Shown here piece by piece: positions 59,995 to 64,000 of a DNA stretch of 64,000 nt. Positions within the stretch are counted from its first letter, which is position 1. Every line of letters begins with the position of its first letter. The notes beneath the pieces are model-generated. The model was given only the letters and a program-made list of their open reading frames with translations. It was not told where the DNA came from and searched no databases. This stretch comes from Octopus sinensis (taxonomy: Eukaryota): NCBI RefSeq assembly GCF_006345805.1, contig NC_042998.1:56048001-56112000 (forward strand). The letters run 5' to 3'. A program made the position numbers and the translations under genes.

Positions 59995-61124
59995 TCATAT
60001 ATATAAGAAATAAGAATAAAATATATAATATATAACAAAAAATAGAATAAGCTATTTAAATGACATAAACATAATATGTTTTTTGTTTCTTCAGGGTGAG
60101 ACTGGTGTTATTGAAGGTGGTGGCAGTGGTGAAGGGGTAAGTGTATAAAAATCTTAAAGTACAGATTTCATATCCTTTTTTTAAAATGTTTTTCTTTAAT
60201 ACTTCTAATTGAAAAGAAAATATTATAGGATGTCAGGTACTTTTCATTTTAATTTTTTTTCTTCTTTCAAATAAAGTCAGTATTATACAATGAATGACAA
60301 ATATAGCTAATTTATATCATTCTTTCATTTTCTATAAAAATTTCATCCTTTCCTTTTTTTCCTTTTGTGGTTGTGACAACTGTTAATCAAAGAAGAGAAA
60401 ACAGATTTTTTTATCAATCATTCTCTTAATCACATTTGATAGCCAATAGACATTGCAGCTTATATGCAAAAGCTGACTGAACATTTTTGAGATTCTAAAC
60501 ATGAAAATTAATTTTATAGATTCTCTTAACTCCACTTTCCCAAATGCTTTGCATTAATTGTTTTCATATTTAGTCTAATTCATATTCCTATGTAAGTAAA
60601 CCAAGTAGAAAACATATTTTGAAATATTAAGGATTCAATCACTGTGTCATTGCTACAGCAGCTTTAAAAGTGTCACTTCAAATAACTCATAAAGCATTCA
60701 TGTACTCATTTAACTAATTATAGATATTATAACCAATATTCCTTTTCAATACTAACAATAAGATTTTAAATCACTTTTATATCCTTATATATATCCAGAT
60801 TTCTTAAAAATCTATAACAGATAATCAAACTTAGAAAAAGAGGGTTAAAATTAAAAGCTCCATAAATAGAAAAATGTGGTGATTTTTCTATTCAATACCT
60901 AACATGATTAAGGGTAAACCATTAACAGTAGAAGAGTTATGAGCTCTTTGTGATTTAAATGTCAATATGATCACCTGATTGGAAAGAAAAACTGATATGA
61001 GGCAAAATGCATTATTTTGTCTTAAAAATATATTTCATGAAAGCATGCACTATAGTCTTATTAAAACATATATAAACATTCTATTCTATAGATACCAGGT
61101 CCAACCGGTCCTCCCGGCCCTTCG
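1741..61124 (+). CDS. Internal part of a multi-exon interrupted collagen gene, MACIT-like (collagen XIII/XXIII/XXV, col-99, CG42342 family); start, TM domain and stop lie outside the window
   Basis: 17 AG/GT-bounded phase-0 exons join into one open frame: [42 protein letters not shown]...[36 protein letters not shown]...[18 protein letters not shown]... [18 protein letters not shown]... [35 protein letters not shown]. Linker order resembles CG42342 as recalled (GLKRSV, YAEIVAVK, VIKLKGEPGE, TGIIEG). Confidence 0.85.
2137..2359 (-). mobile_element. tRNA-derived SINE, family B (Meta-domain-like core)
   Basis: Minus strand aaggcagtgagctggcagaa...gagttcaaattcc...gcctttcatcctttcggggtcgataaaataaagtacca; homologous to 13253-13470. 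Confidence 0.8.
2953..2992. repeat. (CT)n microsatellite
   Basis: About 20 CT units. Confidence 0.95.
3001..3370 (-). mobile_element. Retroelement family C (SINE with RTE-like 3' end, (GAT)n tail, internal ~60-bp repeats)
   Basis: (cat)n-ttaacgtctgctttccatgctagcatgggttggac...ctggatgcccttccta; reverse complement of 23620-23800. Confidence 0.85.
3543..3685. repeat. ~68-bp inverted repeat with 6-nt loop
   Basis: aacttataaataagggt...gactttaaattgtg-aataac-cacgatttaaagtc...cccttatttataagtt. Confidence 0.9.
4976..5011 (+). CDS. Collagen exon, 36 nt, [12 protein letters not shown]
   Basis: tatatag|GGACCA...GATGTG|gtaagt. Confidence 0.93.
7264..7299 (+). CDS. Collagen exon, 36 nt, [12 protein letters not shown]
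   Basis: ccattttag|GGACTA...GAAAAG|gtattg. Confidence 0.93.
8382..8453 (+). CDS. Collagen exon, 72 nt, [24 protein letters not shown]
   Basis: tttctttcag|GGCATT...TCTAAA|gtaagt; 8 triplets. Confidence 0.95.
9650..9850 (-). mobile_element. 3' half of SINE family A
   Basis: Reverse complement of the taacttagcggtttggcaa...ctaggcttac...ccagcatggcca segment. Confidence 0.75.
9870..11099 (-). mobile_element. Decayed hAT (Buster/SPIN/GTF2IRD2-type) transposase
   Basis: Frameshifted ORFs: [65 protein letters not shown]. Confidence 0.85.
11567..11642. repeat. (TATG)n then (CATG)n microsatellite
   Basis: Direct inspection. Confidence 0.95.
12043..12082. repeat. Perfect 40-bp palindrome
   Basis: ctagaattacaatactgtgt|acacagtattgtaattctag. 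Confidence 0.95.
13253..13470 (+). mobile_element. SINE family B copy
   Basis: aaggcagtgagctggcagaa...gagttcaaactcc...gcctttcatccttttggagtcagtaaattaagtacca. Confidence 0.8.
14087..14600 (-). mobile_element. piggyBac transposase relic (C-terminal Cys-rich domain)
   Basis: ORF 14087..14389: [39 protein letters not shown]; upstream boundary uncertain. Confidence 0.75.
15348..15732 (-). mobile_element. Non-autonomous Helitron, ~385 bp
   Basis: Minus strand A|TCTCTCTATATATA...CCTGAGCAACGCCGGG hairpin, CGATACTGCTAG|T: 5' TC, 3' CTAG, subterminal hairpin, A/T target; CpG-rich, so probably young. Confidence 0.8.
16299..16349 (+). CDS. Non-collagenous linker exon, 51 nt, [17 protein letters not shown]
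   Basis: tttttcctttttag|ACAGGA...CTAAAG|gtattt; phase 0-0, open; GVKRSV resembles recalled CG42342 GLKRSV. Confidence 0.75.
16734..16763 (+). CDS. Non-collagenous microexon, 30 nt, [10 protein letters not shown]
   Basis: cttttttctag|GATGCT...ATTAAG|gtttgt; phase 0-0; resembles recalled YAEIVAVK; TGCATG at 16789. Confidence 0.7.
18309..18380 (+). CDS. Collagen/NC exon, 72 nt, [24 protein letters not shown]
   Basis: attgttag|GGAGAC...TTAAAG|gtaaat. Confidence 0.92.
18478..19582 (-). mobile_element. Decayed mariner (Mos1/Hsmar-like) element
   Basis: WVPHKL...[11 protein letters not shown] in ORF 19055..19297; [13 protein letters not shown] on minus strand ~18725-18770; degenerate TIRs in TA runs. 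Confidence 0.85.
19676..19891. mobile_element. piggyBac-type MITE (TTAA ends)
   Basis: ttaacactgtcattacca ... tggtatcaaaagcgttaa imperfect TIRs. Confidence 0.55.
21186..21284 (+). CDS. Collagen exon, 99 nt, [33 protein letters not shown]
   Basis: acttttag|GGCGAA...GAACCA|gtaata; 11 triplets. Confidence 0.95.
21495..21690 (+). mobile_element. Degenerate 5' half of SINE family A with TG tract
   Basis: ccttgggcaagtgtctttctaccatagccttg...gccttttgagtgaaatttg. Confidence 0.65.
21900..22150 (-). mobile_element. Family C fragment with short ttttatgtgtcacca repeats
   Basis: tctacagctgaatgccctccctaatgccaaccactccaagagtgtagtgggt. Confidence 0.75.
22512..22538 (+). CDS. Collagen exon, 27 nt, GPVGPRGPP
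   Basis: ttttatag|GGTCCG...CCACCT|gtaagt. Confidence 0.93.
23047..23310 (-). mobile_element. tRNA-headed SINE
   Basis: Minus strand aggcgcaTGGCCTAGTGGttag (A box) ... gGGTTTGAATCtc (B box). Confidence 0.7.
23312..23800 (+). mobile_element. Family C element with alternating ~60/64-bp internal repeats and (GAT)n tail
   Basis: Repeated gtggcacgtaaaaagcacca; 3' end ccaacctatgctagcatggaaaacagacgttaaacgatgatgatg. Confidence 0.85.
24545..26310 (-). mobile_element. Decayed piggyBac (PGBD4-like) transposase
   Basis: Minus strand [12 protein letters not shown] (~25376-25411), acidic N-terminus ([10 protein letters not shown]), C-terminal [19 protein letters not shown]; boundaries approximate. Confidence 0.75.
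26609..26644 (+). CDS. Collagen exon, 36 nt, [12 protein letters not shown]
   Basis: ttttgttttgaag|GGTCCA...CGTCCA|gtaagt. Confidence 0.93.
30287..30295 (+). CDS. Candidate 9-nt microexon, KRA
   Basis: Long U-rich tract, TGC at 30275-30277, tttag|AAAAGGGCT|gtgagt (consensus donor); phase 0-0. Confidence 0.55.
30681..30773 (+). CDS. Candidate alternative polybasic NC exon, 93 nt, [31 protein letters not shown]
   Basis: tttttctttcccctttgaag|AAACGT...AGTCAG|gtagac; open, phase 0-0, more CpG-rich than flanks; part of ORF 30675..30884. Confidence 0.65.
31825..31896 (+). CDS. Collagen exon, 72 nt, [24 protein letters not shown]
   Basis: ttttatttctcag|GGTGAA...CGCAAA|gtaatt. Confidence 0.95.
32125..32365. 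repeat. (CA)/(TA) microsatellite
   Basis: Direct inspection. Confidence 0.9.
36480..36870 (-). mobile_element. Highly decayed RTE-like reverse transcriptase fragment
   Basis: Minus strand remnants VFADFEE (cf. FVDLEKAFD) and [10 protein letters not shown] (cf. WLVRAVQAMY). Confidence 0.4.
38259..38366 (+). CDS. Collagen exon, 108 nt, [36 protein letters not shown]
   Basis: atgtacag|GGGCGT...CCTCAG|gtatga; 12 triplets. Confidence 0.95.
40340..41770. mobile_element. Composite decayed retroelement region ending in a + strand family C 3' end
   Basis: 41540-41770 gtggttagtattaggaagagcatcc...ccaacccataccagcatggaaga + (gat)n; 41400-41520 is reverse-complementary to 62640-62720. Confidence 0.6.
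42082..42153 (+). CDS. Collagen exon, 72 nt, [24 protein letters not shown]
   Basis: gtcttctacag|GGTCAG...CCACCT|gtgagt. Confidence 0.95.
46955..47980 (-). mobile_element. RTE-clade LINE fragment (APE endonuclease and linker)
   Basis: [39 protein letters not shown]; downstream [10 protein letters not shown]. Confidence 0.92.
48676..48728 (+). ncRNA. Minimal hammerhead ribozyme motif (Penelope-type), degenerate stem II
   Basis: tct-CTGATGA-28 nt-GAAA-C-AGCT-G-TA-aga. Confidence 0.55.
48944..48992. repeat. (TA)n microsatellite
   Basis: Direct inspection. Confidence 0.9.
48994..49200 (-). mobile_element. Penelope-like pseudo-LTR fragment with mutated hammerhead (49095-49128)
   Basis: Minus strand ttt-CTGACAA-a-gagc-tct-gctc-GAAACGTT-aaa; one substitution in the CUGANGA core. 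Confidence 0.5.
49340..50021 (+). mobile_element. Decayed Tc1/mariner (maT/mori-type) transposase with right end
   Basis: [25 protein letters not shown] (cf. QQDSAPCH), [28 protein letters not shown]; ends ...cactgcaccctg. Confidence 0.88.
50022..50195. repeat. (TG)/(TA)/(CA) microsatellite
   Basis: Direct inspection. Confidence 0.9.
50563..50720 (-). mobile_element. Family C 3' end
   Basis: (cat)n-cgttaacgtccgttttaatcatgctggcatg...ctggatgcccttcctaatgccaac. Confidence 0.8.
55595..55660. repeat. 22-bp tandem repeat x3
   Basis: gcatcagaggtatcctctgcta x2 plus diverged third copy. Confidence 0.9.
56417..56506 (+). CDS. Collagen exon, 90 nt, [30 protein letters not shown]
   Basis: catttatag|GGACCG...CCCCCT|gtaagt. 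Confidence 0.95.
56911..57315. mobile_element. pogo/Tigger-type MITE with TA TSD
   Basis: ta|ccgtaaattctcaagtata ... tatactcgaggatttacgg|ta. Confidence 0.8.
57825..57854 (+). CDS. Non-collagenous microexon, 30 nt, [10 protein letters not shown]
   Basis: 20-nt pyrimidine tract then acag|TTGAAT...GCGAAG|gtagga; phase 0-0; [13 protein letters not shown] parallels recalled LTTTIKG..TGIIEG. Confidence 0.65.
58051..58260. repeat. (TA)n and (TATC)n microsatellite
   Basis: Direct inspection. Confidence 0.95.
58559..58604 (-). ncRNA. Minimal hammerhead ribozyme motif (Penelope-type)
   Basis: Minus strand tct-CTGATGA-a-gggatat-ataaa-atatcct-g-GAAA-C-AGCT-G-TA-aga: intact core, stems I and II, palindromic stem III loop. 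Confidence 0.7.
59499..59903 (+). mobile_element. Full-length SINE family A
   Basis: Collinear with 189-540; ends ccagcatggccacagtcaaatgactgaaacaaataaaagaat. Confidence 0.88.
60095..60136 (+). CDS. Collagen/NC exon, 42 nt, [14 protein letters not shown]
   Basis: ttttgtttcttcag|GGTGAG...GAAGGG|gtaagt. Confidence 0.9.
60574..60591 (+). CDS. Candidate 18-nt microexon, SNSYSY
   Basis: tgctttgcattaattgttttcatatttag|TCTAATTCATATTCCTAT|gtaagt; phase 0-0, falls inside an NC linker. Confidence 0.4.
61092..61124 (+). CDS. NC/collagen exon, 33 nt, [11 protein letters not shown]
   Basis: ttctatag|ATACCA...CCTTCG|gtaaga. Confidence 0.9.
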
Positions 61125-62305
61125 GTAAGATATCATTTAGCTCATTTAAAATTTTAGTTAATGTGTGGTTTTTTTTTTTTTTTGGTTTTCTTTTTTTTTT
61201 TACCTCTAAGTGTTAATAGCTAGAGTAATATAACTTCACCCAATTTGAGCCCCCAAAAGTAATTCATATTATCCTAATTTGAAAGATTGAACTAGACTAA
61301 GGTTAATGATGTCAAAAGCAGATAATTCCTTAAGTTAAGCCCATTTCTATTTCATTGATAGAAGAAATAAATTTGAGCATTTCATTAATATCAATTAAAA
61401 GTTTACTTTTAAAATATCCATGTAAAATGTTTCCATTTATTGAATTTGATAAACTAAACCAATTATAGTAAATAAGGAAATTTACTAACTCTATATTATG
61501 TTGATAGTGTCTTTAGAACATAAAATAAATAGTTATTCTATATAAAATGTTAGAGAAAATCAAGTGCAAAATAAAGATCCAAGAAATAAATTGTTTTTGA
61601 AACTAAACTGAAAGCACTGATATTATTTACCAGAACAAGGTACACAATTATGATAAAATAAGTAGCATCCAGGGAAACTAGTGATGGTTTGTGGCAAATA
61701 GTGAGTACAAACAGTTGGAAGTTTAAATAATTGGTAGACAAGAACCTTCATGCAGAGAAATGTTTTCTGATGTCAAAGAGTTGCTCAAAAAATGATTCAC
61801 TAGCCAACAGCTGGACTTGTTTCATTTAGAGATTTGCAAGTGATGTAGTGAATAAGGTTGGTGAAAGTACAAAGTGGTTTGCAACTTACAATTGGGATTG
61901 AGAACTGGTTATATACTGATTGTGATGAACTGACAAATGTAATATACAAAGTAGAAGCATTTGAAGGTACTGGAAGAAGAAAACTTCTGACCAATAAGGT
62001 CTTGCAAGTTTTTTGTCTCTTTTGAAAAAGAGGCAGAAAGGTTTGGGAAAGATGAAGCAGTTTGAGAGTCAAAGGAAAGAAAATGGAAGTTGTAGATAAT
62101 ATTCTGCTAATGTAACAGAGTTAACAAGTGTAAGTCAGAACAGGGAACCTTGTTTGTGGATATCTTCATGTGGAGCAAAAATTATATGGCTTTTTCATAT
62201 GGAGCAAAAATGATATGGCTTTGTCAGAGAGAGGCTTGGATTTATTGGAACACAGTTATGGTACATGGAATGAGAATAAGGAAAATTTGAAGCAAAAGTG
62301 CAAGT

Positions 62306-63020
62306 CATCATCATCATCATTTAACATCTGTCTTCCATGCTGGCATGGGTTGGACAGTTTGACAGGAGCTGGCAATCCACAGGACTGCACCAAGTCGCAC
62401 TGTCTGTTTTGACATGGTTTTTACAGCTGGATGCCCTTTCTAACACCAACCACTTTACAGAATAGATTGGGTGCTTTTTACATGGCACTAGCAAGGTCTG
62501 TTTTGGCATGGTTTTCATGGCTGGATGCCCTTCCTAGTACCAACCATTTCACAATGGACTGGGTGCTTTTTGCATAACACCAGCACTGGAGACTTGCATG
62601 ACAAAGATTGTTTAAGGGGGTGGGTGGTATTGAGAGAGGTGACTTTGCATCAGTTATAAGAGGTTAATGTATGATAAAGACAGAAACGGATGTCTTGTTG
62701 TAGAGGAAATACATGGCCATCACAGTCAGAAGGAGGAAGTAGGAGAGAGAGAGAGATTGTAGCAATATGTGGCAAGGTACAGGAATGAAAATATAAATGG
62801 GATGGCAGAGCATTGCTGAGGATGCATGACTACAAAGAGGGTGAGGGGAATGCAGTGACTGGTGAAACCTGTGTATATAGAGATATTGAGCAGGGACAAA
62901 AGATTAGCAATGATATGATTGGAAGGACAGGGTTGGGCTGCAGGAATGGAGACGAGATAAGCATAGTGCATGAGAAAAAGGAAATGTGTGGAAGAGGAGA
63001 TGTAGTTGGGTTTGTTGGTG
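62306..63020 (-). mobile_element. Family C element with duplicated 3' segment
   Basis: (tca)n-tttaacatctgtcttccatgctggcatgggttggacag; ctggatgccct..accaacca occurs twice. Confidence 0.75.
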
Positions 63021-64000
63021 TCTGAAAGATTTAATGTTACTTGTTGGTAAAACACACAGCACTTCCAGAACTCAGTTTTGCTGAGGTGAGCAGGTTGTCT
63101 CAAGAACCTCATATTATCAGACATCTCAAAAAATATAAGCGTTATCAATTGTGATGGAGATGTTGATAATTGTGACAGAAGTGTTGGAGATAATAGAGAT
63201 AATTTGCAGATCGGGATGAGAGGCATTGATGTAAGAGAAGGTAGTGAGAAAATTTCTAGAGTGAGCTCATATAATTCCAGCATAGGTTTGATGGATTAGG
63301 AAAATATCCAGGCCTTAGTATTGCTCATAAAGGAAGAAAAACAATTCAGTATAAGGAGGAGTTCGACTAAGCAGAATTTGGGGAATGCTAGATTAAGCTA
63401 AGTCACAGAAGTTGAAGAAGTGTTCAAGGCCTAAGATTCTGTCATTGTGGATAATAATAGTGTACAGGGATTTCACAGCTATGTCGAATAGGAGTTGCAA
63501 AGGTCCAAGATAGAAGAGAAGAAAAGTTAAAGGCATTGTTAGCTCCTTTGATATGGAAAAACAGCAGTAACAAAGGGTGACCTGAATTTAACAAAGTAAT
63601 TGTAAAGGAGTTCAGTATAGCAGCTACAGGCAGAGATAATGGAGTGATTGAAATAGAAAGGTTTATATATCTTGAGTTAAGGAAGTGTTAGGTGATTGCA
63701 GAGCATGTTAAGAGTGAATTATGGTGTGGGATAAAGATTTTCGATTTTGGAGTATGTTACATCAGTAAAATTTGGTGTTACAGAGCTGCCAAACGGCTTC
63801 ATTTTGGTGTCTGCCAAATACCATCTTTAGTTCAATCACTTAATGGCTTTTACTGAAGTGTGTGTAGTGCACAAACAATTATATTAAAGTATTGGAGATG
63901 TTTTTTAAAGTTAAATAGACCAAATCATGACAACTCTTTTGAATAAACAAATTACTGGAGTTTGAGATTGCCCCAAGCTTAGTGTCCTCCATGTTGAGCT

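Noticed and set aside
62726-63283. 185-aa minus-strand ORF
   Set aside because: Overlaps decayed retroelement sequence; low-complexity L/S content, no recognisable domain or splice structure

Overview
Eukaryotic, very AT-rich, microsatellite- and SINE-dense DNA, most consistent with an octopus genome (inferred from repeat families). The window lies inside one large + strand gene. I read 17 small, all phase-0 core exons (942 nt, ~314 aa) between 1741 and 61124, plus candidate cassette exons. They encode an interrupted Gly-X-Y collagen whose non-collagenous linkers ([29 protein letters not shown]) resemble, from memory, invertebrate MACIT transmembrane collagens (Drosophila CG42342, C. elegans col-99, vertebrate COL13/23/25). 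The gene's 5' and 3' ends lie outside the window. The introns hold three SINE families, RTE LINE fragments, hAT, piggyBac, mariner and maT transposase relics, a non-autonomous Helitron, MITEs, foldback hairpins and Penelope-type minimal hammerhead motifs. The most interesting signal is a 9-nt (KRA) microexon plus a 93-nt polybasic exon: inclusion would build furin sites (RPKR, RAKR), and skipping would restore an unbroken triple helix. Candidate recursive-splice sites, a frameshifting exon and a hairpin-masked exon were also seen. Nearly all ORF-track entries are microsatellite or transposon artefacts. All exon calls are from splice signals and frame only, with no transcript evidence.
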